Virus record (IMG/VR): IMGVR_UViG_3300017757_000001
Direction: 5' to 3' (one strand)
DNA length: 64,000 nucleotides
DNA from: a virus
Positions within the stretch are counted from its first letter, which is position 1. Every line of letters starts with the position of its first letter. Below, piece by piece: positions 1 to 10,187 of this stretch. Position numbers and translations under genes: made by a program. The notes under the pieces are model-generated. The model was not told where the DNA came from. It was given only the letters and a program-made list of their open reading frames with translations, and made no database searches.

Positions 1-412
1 TTTCTTGAAGTTCTTTAGGGGTTGCAAAAAATGAAACTGAAGCTGCCCATGATCTATCATCATCAATATCGGTTTCATAATCAGAAACACTTCCATACTC
101 ATAATCAAATTTATTAGTTATTTTATTTACTTTTTCAAATGCTTTTTGTAATTTTAAAATATCATCATTTTCAAAGTAATGATAACCTCTACCTGACATT
201 CTTATATAATATCCTTTTCTACCATCTGACATAGAGCCTCTAACTCTATCATCAAATTCTAACCCTGTTTCATCATTTATAGTTTTTACTAATTTTTTAA
301 GATCATCTTCTTCTTCCATTTCATAAGGAGAAAGAGAATTTTCATTTAATTTAGAATATGATTCTTCTAAATATTGTTTTTTTAAATAATTATGTATACT
401 GAATTTTTCCAT
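1..412 (-). CDS. Hypothetical protein, truncated by window edge (N-terminus MEKFSIHNYLKKQYLEE)
   Basis: ATG at 412, frame appears open to the window edge; ATATTTATA motif upstream at 433-441. Confidence 0.7.
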   Translation of the reverse strand, partial: MEKFSIHNYLKKQYLEESYSKLNENSLSPYEMEEEDDLKKLVKTINDETGLEFDDRVRGSMSDGRKGYYIRMSGRGYHYFENDDILKLQKAFEKVNKITNKFDYEYGSVSDYETDIDDDRSWAASVSFFATPKELQE

Positions 413-448
413 TATAGGTATGTTTTATATTGTATAAATATATAAGAA

Positions 449-1033
449 TTATTTAGCATTATTAATTTTTAAACTCTTTAAATATTCAATCATTTTCTCA
501 AGACCTAGATCTACTCTTTTATCATCTGGTTTTCCTACCCAAGTTTCTATATCTCCTTGTTCTGTAATAAAATTGTCATTAGTTACTAACATTTCTTCTT
601 TTACCCATAAACTAAATTCAGAAATTAAATTATCAATTTCTCCATTATGTATTTTATTATGGTATTCTTCCCATACCCCATTAGCTTTTAAATCATTTTC
701 AAATTGAATAACACAACCCCAACACATTTTATGTAGTTTATAATAATCATTATCAAACCTATGCTTCATTACTGTGTTACAGTTAGGACAAAAAATTGGA
801 GTTTTTCCTAATTTTTTTATTTTATCCAACTTAGTAATATTTTGTTTTATACCTTCTTTAATAGTCCAAGTTTTACCACTTTCTTCCCATATATCTCCTT
901 CTTCATAAAATGATTGTTTTTTTGAATAACCAACCCCTTGAGTTGTTTTTTCTCCTGTATTTCCTGTAATTAAATTTCTAGCTCTTTGAACATCCTTTTT
1001 ACTCCATTCTTTTCTTAAAACATTATCTGACAT
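449..1033 (-). CDS. Phage hypothetical protein with Zn-binding motif
   Basis: CPNC...CWGC cysteine pairs. Confidence 0.6.
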   Translation of the reverse strand: MSDNVLRKEWSKKDVQRARNLITGNTGEKTTQGVGYSKKQSFYEEGDIWEESGKTWTIKEGIKQNITKLDKIKKLGKTPIFCPNCNTVMKHRFDNDYYKLHKMCWGCVIQFENDLKANGVWEEYHNKIHNGEIDNLISEFSLWVKEEMLVTNDNFITEQGDIETWVGKPDDKRVDLGLEKMIEYLKSLKINNAK

Positions 1034-1038
1034 AGCTT

Positions 1039-1845
1039 TTATTTTTTATATCCTACTGCTAGGGTGTTTATTTTATCTTTTGGTTTTTGTTCTTTTACTT
1101 TAGGTAATTCAGGTAATTGAGTTAAATATAATATTGATACTTCTTGAATTATAAAATTTAATTGTGTATGTGATAATTTTTCATCACTATATAAAGTTTT
1201 AATAAATTCATATGTTTTATTTAAAAAAAATGACATTGGGGGATTAACAGAATTAGAATTTTGTTTTAATTTTAATAAATACATTTTAAAATTATCTAAT
1301 TCATCTTTTGAAAATTTTCTATCTAAATAATAATCTTTTATTTTATTTATAATTGATTTTAATTCTTTAGCTTTTACTAAATTATTAATAACTTTTTTTA
1401 CTTTTGGGGTTCTAACATTATTTGATTGGGGAGTTGGTAATGATGAAATTGTTTCATTTTCAACAGGTAATGTATTATTATCTTCTTTTATAGGGTATAT
1501 ATTTATTTGTTCTAAACCCTTTATTACACATTTTAAATATAAATTATTAATTTTATCATCACTATATAAATTTTCAATAGCTGAAATAAATTTATTTGTA
1601 ATTATACCTGGTGTTAAAACTTGGGCTCCCATCATATTAGTACCAGTTTCTAATGTTTTACATCTATTTATTATAAATTTTAATTCTTGTATTGAAATAG
1701 TATTTTTTAAAAATTGTTGTTCTATAACATTAATTAACTTTTCTGCATCTGTTAAATCATATATTTTAGGTGATTTAGTTGGTTTGTATTCATTCCTGTT
1801 TCTAGGAGAACCACCATTATACCCTATATTATTAATAATACCCAT
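1039..1845 (-). CDS. Hypothetical protein with internal duplication
   Basis: Two similar helical segments (LYSDDKI / LYSDEKL); coupled to upstream gene by TAATG overlap. Confidence 0.6.
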   Translation of the reverse strand: MGIINNIGYNGGSPRNRNEYKPTKSPKIYDLTDAEKLINVIEQQFLKNTISIQELKFIINRCKTLETGTNMMGAQVLTPGIITNKFISAIENLYSDDKINNLYLKCVIKGLEQINIYPIKEDNNTLPVENETISSLPTPQSNNVRTPKVKKVINNLVKAKELKSIINKIKDYYLDRKFSKDELDNFKMYLLKLKQNSNSVNPPMSFFLNKTYEFIKTLYSDEKLSHTQLNFIIQEVSILYLTQLPELPKVKEQKPKDKINTLAVGYKK

Positions 1846-4742
1846 TAAAGTCCTAATTTTTTTAATTGAGAAATAGTATCAGCAGCAGATGTATGTAGTA
1901 TTCCTATACCCCCCTGTGATATCCATTGATCTATATTTGATTTTCTATCATCAATTAATATGTGATTAGGAGCAGCATAATTTTGTTTATGTGATGCTTG
2001 TGCTAATGTTAATTTTATACCAGGCATATTATTTCTTACCCATAATCTTTTACCTAATCTAGATGTTGAAGATCTTGAAGGAGAAGATAATAACTCTGTA
2101 TCATAATCTTTAATATAATCCCAATATTGTTTTCCATCTTCCATCCAAGGCATTCCTACCCAAAATCCAACTTTACCAGTTCCATCAATTAACTCCCAAA
2201 ATTTTTCTTTACCGAATTTTTTTTCATAATCTCTAGGTGCTATTCCTTTTGAATATTTTTTAAATGATTCATCAAAATCAGTTAATACTCCATCCATATC
2301 AGAAAATATTTTATAATTTTCTGACTCCACTATTGGGTGATCCATTTCAATATCTTTTGCAAGCATATCACTATTAATAGCTTCTTCTAAACCCATAGCT
2401 AATTCTCTAGCATATGCATTTAAACCAAATGGATCTTTTGTTTTTTTCTTTTCCTCTATACTAGATGTAATATCGCCATCTAAAGAATCAGTCCAATTTC
2501 TAAATACCATATTACCTTCTTGATAAGCTTCTCTTTCAATTGCATCTAAATCTTCACTATCATTAGTATTATTAGTATTAATGTTATTTAATCTATCTTC
2601 TAACCATTGAGTATGGTGAACCATTTCATGAGAAAATGATCTTACTATATCTTTTGGATGTCTACCTTCAGTATATAAAGCTATTATTTGACTATTAGGA
2701 TCATAATAAGCAGTTTTTCCAAAAAAATCTTTAGCATTTTCATTATCCCCATCTATAAATTCTATTTTAGGTAAAGGTTCTATATTTCTACCCTTTTCTA
2801 TCATATAATTAGTTAAATCTTGAATCATTTGTTTATAATCAATATAATCAGAATATGTAGCATTTTCATTTAAATATTCTTTATCTAATTGTGGGTGATA
2901 TCCTAAATATACATTTTTAATATCCCCAAATGACTCACCGTCACCTCTTAATTCTGCAGGAACAATATTATCAGGTGTTTCATACCAATATTGTACATCA
3001 TACCCTCCATCACTTTTCCAAGTAACAATTAAACCTCTTTCATATTTTTCTGAATCTGCTTGTAATATTACTGGTTCATCTACTGGTAATACAATATTAT
3101 TTTCTTTTATTAATTTTATTATTTTTTCCTCTAAAGCAATTACAGGTGTTGATGTTTTAAAATCTTTTTTTCTCATAACAGTTTTTGCAACTAAATCAAT
3201 ATCATTAGGCATTACATTTATAGCAAATGGAATGTTAATGTTACTATTAAAATCTTTTACTACAGCATCAAAGTCATTATCAATTTTAGATAAAGATTTA
3301 CCATGTTTTTTATGTAAACGTTTAAACATACCTATGAGTTCAGCTACTGATATAGGTTTATTATTACGTTTATCATTTAATCTATCTAAAAAATGTTTTG
3401 TAAATTCAATATCAATTCCTAATTTAGCAAATAATTTATCAGCATAATCTTCAATACTATCTAATTGAGTTTTAGTTACATTTTCATTTATACTCATCAT
3501 CATATCATATGATTTTGTTTTTAAATCATTTAATTGTCCTACAAAATCAGTTCTTCTTAAAACTTTAAAAGCTAAATTTTCTACACTATACTCTCCTCCT
3601 TTTAAAAGACCTGATGATCTCATATTTCTTAATCTTTCTTTTATTGAATTAACTAAGTCAATTACTTTTTGATATTCACCCCTATTAAATAATATTTCAA
3701 TTTGAGGTAATTGAGTTAAATATCCTTCAGCTTTTGATTTAATATCCTCTTTATCTATAACAATTTTATTTAAAACAGGTTCATTAATCCATTCATCATT
3801 TAATATTGAATACAATCCTGAAGCTGTATGATCATCGTTTTCATCCTCAACATAAACTTCAACTGGGTACCCAAACATATCTATATCATGTGTTTGGTTC
3901 CAAATTGATTTTTTAGCTAAAAAGTAATCTCTTGCAAATTCTTCATTATCTGCTATTTGGGAATAATCTAATACTAAATGTAAATCAACATCTGAAAATT
4001 TAGACCAATTATAATTTGCTAAACTCCCAGTTAATTTAATATCTTTTAATATTGTACCTTCAGGTAATTCTAATGAATCAAAAAAATCTTGAGCAATAAC
4101 TAATAATTTTTCTCTAATTTCAGGTTTTAATTTATTATCCTCCCAAACATCTGCAACTAGTGTGTCTTGTATATTAAATGAGTTTATAACTTCAGAAGGT
4201 ATATCTTCATTTAATTTTTCAGCTGGTTTTAGTATATTATAAACTTCAATTTTTTCATCTATTGTTAATTCAAACGGAAGATATTTAATAAATTCTTCTT
4301 GAGATGTTGTTAATGCTTTTCTAGCATTTGTACCGCTCATATTTGGATCATAAGTAGGAATAACTTTAACTTCAATATTAGGATATTTTTCTTTTAAATT
4401 TCCTGTTCTAGCTGCTACATCCAATAAATCATCATCTCTTCCTTCTCTATAACCAATAACAAAATAAATAGTATCTTGTGGGTTATTTTTTGCTAAACGA
4501 AGAATATCTCCAATAGGTTGTTTAACTGGTTCTATTTTAACCTTATTTGCTAAATAGTTGTGGTATATATCCCATACTAAAGTAGATTCTTCTTGATCCA
4601 TTCCTTCTCTTTCTTTAGCACCTACATAAATAATAAATTCATCAATTTCAGGATAATCATCTAATGCCTTTTTTACTATAGCAAAATGTCCTGCTGTTGG
4701 AGGTTTAAATCCTCCCCCGTATGCTGCTAATACTTTACCCAT
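1845..4742 (-). CDS. Multidomain (polyvalent) protein: HxGH-type nucleotidyltransferase, Pol-beta-like NTase, putative RNase-like domain, unknown domain, HExxH metallopeptidase, HAD 5'-nucleotidase
   Basis: Motifs GGFKPPTAGH and SGTNARK; GSLANYNWSKFSDVDLH; FTKHFLDRLND; HEMVH; DMDGVL...ILIDD. Confidence 0.8.
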   Translation of the reverse strand: MGKVLAAYGGGFKPPTAGHFAIVKKALDDYPEIDEFIIYVGAKEREGMDQEESTLVWDIYHNYLANKVKIEPVKQPIGDILRLAKNNPQDTIYFVIGYREGRDDDLLDVAARTGNLKEKYPNIEVKVIPTYDPNMSGTNARKALTTSQEEFIKYLPFELTIDEKIEVYNILKPAEKLNEDIPSEVINSFNIQDTLVADVWEDNKLKPEIREKLLVIAQDFFDSLELPEGTILKDIKLTGSLANYNWSKFSDVDLHLVLDYSQIADNEEFARDYFLAKKSIWNQTHDIDMFGYPVEVYVEDENDDHTASGLYSILNDEWINEPVLNKIVIDKEDIKSKAEGYLTQLPQIEILFNRGEYQKVIDLVNSIKERLRNMRSSGLLKGGEYSVENLAFKVLRRTDFVGQLNDLKTKSYDMMMSINENVTKTQLDSIEDYADKLFAKLGIDIEFTKHFLDRLNDKRNNKPISVAELIGMFKRLHKKHGKSLSKIDNDFDAVVKDFNSNINIPFAINVMPNDIDLVAKTVMRKKDFKTSTPVIALEEKIIKLIKENNIVLPVDEPVILQADSEKYERGLIVTWKSDGGYDVQYWYETPDNIVPAELRGDGESFGDIKNVYLGYHPQLDKEYLNENATYSDYIDYKQMIQDLTNYMIEKGRNIEPLPKIEFIDGDNENAKDFFGKTAYYDPNSQIIALYTEGRHPKDIVRSFSHEMVHHTQWLEDRLNNINTNNTNDSEDLDAIEREAYQEGNMVFRNWTDSLDGDITSSIEEKKKTKDPFGLNAYARELAMGLEEAINSDMLAKDIEMDHPIVESENYKIFSDMDGVLTDFDESFKKYSKGIAPRDYEKKFGKEKFWELIDGTGKVGFWVGMPWMEDGKQYWDYIKDYDTELLSSPSRSSTSRLGKRLWVRNNMPGIKLTLAQASHKQNYAAPNHILIDDRKSNIDQWISQGGIGILHTSAADTISQLKKLGL

Positions 4743-5532
4743 TTAAAAATTGTTTTAATCTCATTTGTGCCTCTTCTTTAGATATAGTGTATTCAACTAC
4801 ATCATATATAAAATCATCACTTAACATAGCTTGGATTTCTTCTTTATCTTTAGCCTTTCTTTCATCAGATTTTTTCTGTTGTGATGGTGTTTTAGGTTTT
4901 GTGCCCGTGGGTTTGAATGGTTCAAGATATTTATCTATGATTTTATCTATATCTTGCATTCTATCATCTAAGGTATTAGCTACAGCAACAAAATTATCAC
5001 CAAATAAATCAGCATATTTAGGTAAATTATCTGTTACACTTTTCCAAGTACGCATTACAATAGCAGGTGCTAAACTTCTATCTTTACCCTCTGATTTTTC
5101 ATATCTATCTTGGTTTTGACTTAGGGAACGTTGTAAATCTGTATAAACATAAAGCATAAATACTTCATATCCTGCTTCTTCTAATTCATTTTTTAATTTA
5201 GATGTTGCATTATATGAAGCTCCTGTACCGTCTAAAATAAATGATTCTTTTCCATCTATAGTAGCATCTACATCACCTTTGAATTGTTTATTTGCTGCTG
5301 CCATTTGTTTAGCTTGCTCACTTCTTTCTTCAGGAGTAGCATTTTTTAAATCTAGAGTAACATTAGCTTTTTTTAATAAAGGAACATAAATATCATCTAC
5401 ATTTAATATTTTTATACCTCCTAAATCTAAACCCCGTAATATATAGCCTTTACCTGCTCCTGGGGCTCCTGCTAATATAATGGCTTTTGGTTTATTTATT
5501 GCTTCTTTTAAAATGTTAATTAAGCTTATCAT
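4735..5532 (-). CDS. P-loop kinase (zeta toxin / AAA_33-like)
   Basis: Walker A GAPGAGK, NVDD, ILDGTG, R-x-x-x-x-x-R lid. Confidence 0.75.
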   Translation of the reverse strand: MISLINILKEAINKPKAIILAGAPGAGKGYILRGLDLGGIKILNVDDIYVPLLKKANVTLDLKNATPEERSEQAKQMAAANKQFKGDVDATIDGKESFILDGTGASYNATSKLKNELEEAGYEVFMLYVYTDLQRSLSQNQDRYEKSEGKDRSLAPAIVMRTWKSVTDNLPKYADLFGDNFVAVANTLDDRMQDIDKIIDKYLEPFKPTGTKPKTPSQQKKSDERKAKDKEEIQAMLSDDFIYDVVEYTISKEEAQMRLKQFLNG

Positions 5533-5553
5533 AATATAATTTTATTATAAATA

Positions 5554-6324
5554 TTACAATTTTCTTTTAGCTGTAGTTTTAAATTCAGTAAATATAGGAG
5601 AATGTCTTGGATTTTCTAAATCAAATAATTTTTTTACTGTTTTAAATATATCTATGTTGTCTTCTTGTGAACGTTTTGATTCATACATTTCCCATCCTTT
5701 ACCTTGCATTGCGCCTTCCTTAGGTCCTCGTTTTGAGGATTTTAACCATAGTATACCATAATGGTCTGCTTTTTTACCATAACATTCTTCATAACATTTT
5801 CCATAAACTGCTGTTTGTAAATCGTAAGTTGTTTGTAAATGATTTGATGTTTTAAAATCAATAATCCATAATTTACCATCTATTTCACATACCATATCAC
5901 AAGTACCTGCTACTTTTAATTCATCAGAAAATAAATGTACTTCGGTTTCAATTAAAGTTGGATTATAGGTTTCCCACCAATCTACAAACTTTAAAAACAT
6001 TTGCCATACGTCAGGATTATACATTGGAATTCCATTTTGTAAAAAATTTAATTCTTTACCATTAAGATAATCTTCACACATTTCATGTACTTGAGTACCT
6101 TCTTCTCCTGCTTTTCTAACAATCCAATCTGCACTATATCCTACTTTTTTTAGCCAATCTTGAAAGAATTTACCTTTAGGGTAATAACTTAAAACATATG
6201 TTATTGATGGGTAATATTTACCATTTCTTCTATAATATCTAGAATCAGGTAAGGTAATTTGTTTTGCATCTTCAGAAATTTGTAATATTCTGTTATAAGA
6301 TTTTTTTATTATTTTTTTCGTCAT
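5554..6324 (-). CDS. PD-(D/E)XK exonuclease
   Basis: YPSITYVL, GTQVH, AGTCD...IIDFKTS, LQTAVY motifs. Confidence 0.85.
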   Translation of the reverse strand: MTKKIIKKSYNRILQISEDAKQITLPDSRYYRRNGKYYPSITYVLSYYPKGKFFQDWLKKVGYSADWIVRKAGEEGTQVHEMCEDYLNGKELNFLQNGIPMYNPDVWQMFLKFVDWWETYNPTLIETEVHLFSDELKVAGTCDMVCEIDGKLWIIDFKTSNHLQTTYDLQTAVYGKCYEECYGKKADHYGILWLKSSKRGPKEGAMQGKGWEMYESKRSQEDNIDIFKTVKKLFDLENPRHSPIFTEFKTTAKRKL

Positions 6325-7250
6325 ACTGAGAATAACTTCTTTTCCATTAAATTATATTGTGTTAATGGGGTTGTATTTTGGATTAATTTTGTAAAATGAT
6401 TAAATCCCATTTCACTAGGGTCTTTCCCTTTTAATTCTACTAAATATACTTCTTTACCTTCATTTATAAATTCTTCAGCAAATCTAATTGCTTGTTTTAT
6501 AGCATCTGTATCTAACGCTATGTATATTTTTTTAACTGTTGATGTTACTATCTTTTTCATTAAATTAGATTGAATATTTTTACCTAATAAAGGTATTGCA
6601 TTTCTTTTTATAGCAATAGCATCAAACATTCCCTCACATAATACAAGAGGTAAATTCCAATTTATTAAATGTTCATTAGGGATTATATTTCTTGAGGAAT
6701 CTGGGTTTCTAAATTTTATATATGGTTCTTTTTCAAATGAACGTGCTGTAAAATAATTTAATTTTCCTAAATAATCATAAGATGGAATAATAATCATATT
6801 ATGATAATTTCCGTATTCACAATACCCTATATTATATTTTATAATATCGCTATCTGTAATACCTCTACTTTTTAAATAATAATATGCCTGTTTCCATGTT
6901 ATAGTTTTATCATCTGGAAATATAGGAACAAATTCTTCAGGTAATTTTACATCTATTGTTTTTTCTATTATTTCATATTCTGTTTCTTCTGCTACTAATT
7001 TATATAATTCTGTAAATTTATCTGGTGGGGCTTTTACTTGTTTAAATAAATTTGATATTCTAGTACCTTTTTTATTACATACCCAACAATGCCATGGATT
7101 ATATCCTTTTTTATTTTCTGAAAAATTAACTTCTAATTTAGGTTTAGTATGATTACAAAAAGGACAATGGTAAGATTGATTACCCCTTGCAGTACGTTTA
7201 CCGTTGCCTAATACAGAATTAACTAGGTTAACTAATAGTTCATTTATCAT
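6321..7250 (-). CDS. DNA primase (Zn finger + TOPRIM)
   Basis: CPFC...HCWVC zinc finger, YLKSRGI, CEGMFDA, ALDTDA, KDPSE. Confidence 0.9.
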   Translation of the reverse strand: MINELLVNLVNSVLGNGKRTARGNQSYHCPFCNHTKPKLEVNFSENKKGYNPWHCWVCNKKGTRISNLFKQVKAPPDKFTELYKLVAEETEYEIIEKTIDVKLPEEFVPIFPDDKTITWKQAYYYLKSRGITDSDIIKYNIGYCEYGNYHNMIIIPSYDYLGKLNYFTARSFEKEPYIKFRNPDSSRNIIPNEHLINWNLPLVLCEGMFDAIAIKRNAIPLLGKNIQSNLMKKIVTSTVKKIYIALDTDAIKQAIRFAEEFINEGKEVYLVELKGKDPSEMGFNHFTKLIQNTTPLTQYNLMEKKLFSV

Positions 7251-7256
7251 ATGGGG

Positions 7257-7286
7257 AATATACGGAAATTATTTTATGTCTCCAAA
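7257..7286 (-). promoter_or_regulatory. Host-type promoter upstream of primase
   Basis: TTTGG-N17-CGTATATT, same spacing as the repeated promoters. Confidence 0.65.
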
Positions 7287-7727
7287 GTCACGTGTAAAAA
7301 ACTTACCTAATATATTATCATTAAAATACTCATCTGGTTTTTGTAGAACTTCATATAAAAATTGATATTTAGTTTCAAAATAAGTTAAAGATTTTTTACT
7401 AGTACATAAATGCAATATTTCTCTTTTAAAATTTTTTTTATCTTCTTTTTTTAAGAGTTCTGTAAGTTGTTTATTGGATCCAAAATATGTTTTCCAATCA
7501 GATTCTTTTGAAACTATTTTAAATTTAGGAGGTCTACCTTTTTGACCCTCAAATATTTTTAATTCTTTTTTACCTAATTTTTGTTTACGAGTAAAAACAA
7601 GAAATTTTTTACCAATATATTTTTTATTTGAAGGGATATGGGTTGTAACATATACAAATCCCATTATGTTAGTATCAAAATCATTAATGGAATTTATTTC
7701 TTTATTTCTATATATCCACTTATCCAT
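7269..7727 (-). CDS. GIY-YIG family nuclease (stand-alone)
   Basis: GFVY...KKYIGKK, YFGSN, conserved E and YFN. Confidence 0.7.
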   Translation of the reverse strand: MDKWIYRNKEINSINDFDTNIMGFVYVTTHIPSNKKYIGKKFLVFTRKQKLGKKELKIFEGQKGRPPKFKIVSKESDWKTYFGSNKQLTELLKKEDKKNFKREILHLCTSKKSLTYFETKYQFLYEVLQKPDEYFNDNILGKFFTRDFGDIK

Positions 7728-9115
7728 TATGAAATATCAAAATTAACTAATACAGTTGTATCTGAAAATTTAGATATAGGTGTTGGGTTTGATAGTTTAC
7801 CTACAGCTAATAATTGTTTATTATCATCATATAAACCTACAGTAGTTAAGTATGGAGAAAAATAAGATCCAGTCATATCATTTCTATAAGTAGATTGATC
7901 AAATGAAAAATTAGTAAAAGCTTCTGGTTGGAGTTCTAACTGTATTTGAGGATAACCTGCTTGAATCATACCTACGGGTTGACCCGGTGTATAGCCTTTC
8001 CAAGAATTATCTGAATTATTTGGTGTAGAAGGAAAGCCTGCATATTGGACTGTTATTGAATCTAAAGTAAGATTTTGAATTGTACCTCCAACTACTATAG
8101 TTGCTGTAAATTGTGGGCTGACTACATTAGGATCTAAAGAACCACCTGTAAATTGAAATAATAAATCTGTATAAGTACCAGGTGAAAAGTTTACATTACT
8201 TTGAAAATAAGTTATACTTGATAATAAAGCATCTTTTTCTGTTGATAATACTGATTTATTTAATAATGACGTTGGGTTTTGTGTATAGGTAAATTCATTT
8301 TCTCCTGCTGTACATTCATAAGAATGTTCATATAATCTATATGATGATGAATAGAATAAAAAATTATTATCTAATCCTGATGATCCTAATCCACCATCTA
8401 AATAACCATTCATTTCTTTTCCAAAATTTTCTAATCCACCAGATGTAAATGTAATTATACCATGAGAATAAAAAATATTACCTACATATATAACTTTATT
8501 TCCTTGACCTGATAATGATTGAGAATAATATAAATTTCCTTCTCCATCATCTTTTACATCCCATCTTCCTAAAATATTATTCATAGTCATTCCTGATCCT
8601 GTGTATCTCATTTCAAAAGTAGTAGGTACTATATTTTCTCCATATAATTTAGAAGGAATTGAAATAACAGAACATGAAGGGATTGTATTATTATGAAACG
8701 AACTTTGTATGAATCTTACTTGAGGTATAGTAGATTGTAAATAATTTTCATATCTAGGATTAGTTAAAACCCCTACAGTTCTATCTGAATCTATATTTGG
8801 ATCTTGTACTCCTGGGATTAATACAGGTCTTTGGATTGTTGAAACTGGAGTAGAACCTGATGCATCTTGAGAAGATGAAATATAATTAGTATAATACATT
8901 TGTTTTACACTATGGTATACTCCTACTACTGATTTTTTAGATGTTTGACCTGATGTATTGGTTTCATTACCTATGTAAGGCAAATCATAACCTTGATAAA
9001 ATTCTACTTGAGTAGTGGATCCAGTGCACTCATTAGGGGATAATCCAAACCCCTTCATAGCATCAAATGGAGTAATTACTACATCCTTAGTTGTTAATTG
9101 TTTGTATGCTCTCAT
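7727..9115 (-). CDS. Virion structural protein (baseplate/tail-collar-like C-terminus)
   Basis: DDGEGNL, VGNIFYSHG, C-terminal YLTTVGLYDDNKQLLAVGKLSNP; paralog of next gene. Confidence 0.7.
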   Translation of the reverse strand: MRAYKQLTTKDVVITPFDAMKGFGLSPNECTGSTTQVEFYQGYDLPYIGNETNTSGQTSKKSVVGVYHSVKQMYYTNYISSSQDASGSTPVSTIQRPVLIPGVQDPNIDSDRTVGVLTNPRYENYLQSTIPQVRFIQSSFHNNTIPSCSVISIPSKLYGENIVPTTFEMRYTGSGMTMNNILGRWDVKDDGEGNLYYSQSLSGQGNKVIYVGNIFYSHGIITFTSGGLENFGKEMNGYLDGGLGSSGLDNNFLFYSSSYRLYEHSYECTAGENEFTYTQNPTSLLNKSVLSTEKDALLSSITYFQSNVNFSPGTYTDLLFQFTGGSLDPNVVSPQFTATIVVGGTIQNLTLDSITVQYAGFPSTPNNSDNSWKGYTPGQPVGMIQAGYPQIQLELQPEAFTNFSFDQSTYRNDMTGSYFSPYLTTVGLYDDNKQLLAVGKLSNPTPISKFSDTTVLVNFDIS

Positions 9116-9120
9116 TCATT

Positions 9121-10176
9121 TTAAAAATCTAACTTAACTCTTACTAACATTTCTTTAGTAAAATCTTTTGGCAATGGTCTTGATAATTTAGCTACTGCTA
9201 ATAATTCATCAACATCATTATATAATCCTACTGTTGTAATATAAGTTTGTGGGTTATTTATAAATGAATTAAATACTACTTCACCTGTTGATCCCGAAAT
9301 AAATGATGGATTTTCAGAATAATTAAATTCACTATTTTGGGCTCTAACAAAAACAAAATCAGAAGATAAAGCTTCTTCACTATTTAAAGTCCAACCTGAT
9401 GAAGCTGAATATGCCATTCTTTGTAAACCTTCAATTACTTTAGCTGGGTTAGTATCATTTGTATTGGAGTTTCTTCCTGTTCCTAACGCTATACCAAATG
9501 AGTTAGCCATAGGAGCATCTAAAGCTGCGCCATTTAATAGTATCATTGATATATCCGGTAAAAACCAACCATATGAACCTGATGCTGATGATGTTCCACC
9601 TGCCCATCCATTAGGATTTTGTGATGTATTAACTGTACCAGCAGAACCTGAAACTAAATTAAATACTCTACCTGCATCTGTAAATGTTACTGATGGAGCT
9701 ACTTTACTATCATCTGTTAATGTTAATTTTGATGTACTTGTAGATCCTGATATTTGGAAGGTTGTTGTTCCAGGAAGTAGTGATTGTTTATATCTAGCTC
9801 TTTCTATTGGTAATGCATAAAAATATGATGCTGAATAGTTACCAAATACAAATGAAGCGTTTTCATCTCCTAATATTAAAGTTCTATATTGACCATATGA
9901 AGTTCTTGAAGGTGAAATTCCAGGAACTAATGCATTATACCACAAACTTCCACTACCTTTAGAATCACAATAAGCTACATCAAATTGTAATGCTGATTCT
10001 GAATTAGATGTTACTAAATTATATACTGAATAATAAAATTGTGCTGTAGTAGTTGCTACTTGTACTGATGAAGTAAAGTATGTTTGTAGTGTTGGATTAT
10101 TATTACTCCATACCGTAGCTGTAACTGAGTCTGTACTTATTACTAAATCTTCTGGTGTTAATGCTTTATATCCCAT
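9121..10176 (-). CDS. Virion structural protein (baseplate/tail-collar-like C-terminus)
   Basis: EFNYSENPSF, YITTVGLYNDVDELLAVAKLSRP. Confidence 0.7.
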   Translation of the reverse strand: MGYKALTPEDLVISTDSVTATVWSNNNPTLQTYFTSSVQVATTTAQFYYSVYNLVTSNSESALQFDVAYCDSKGSGSLWYNALVPGISPSRTSYGQYRTLILGDENASFVFGNYSASYFYALPIERARYKQSLLPGTTTFQISGSTSTSKLTLTDDSKVAPSVTFTDAGRVFNLVSGSAGTVNTSQNPNGWAGGTSSASGSYGWFLPDISMILLNGAALDAPMANSFGIALGTGRNSNTNDTNPAKVIEGLQRMAYSASSGWTLNSEEALSSDFVFVRAQNSEFNYSENPSFISGSTGEVVFNSFINNPQTYITTVGLYNDVDELLAVAKLSRPLPKDFTKEMLVRVKLDF

Positions 10177-10187
10177 TTTTTATTTTT

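Noticed and set aside
4735-5532. Zeta toxin-antitoxin pair
   Set aside because: No epsilon-like antitoxin adjacent; only a general P-loop kinase call is supported
5554-6324. Cas4
   Set aside because: Lacks the four Fe-S cysteines; sits beside primase like an ordinary phage exonuclease
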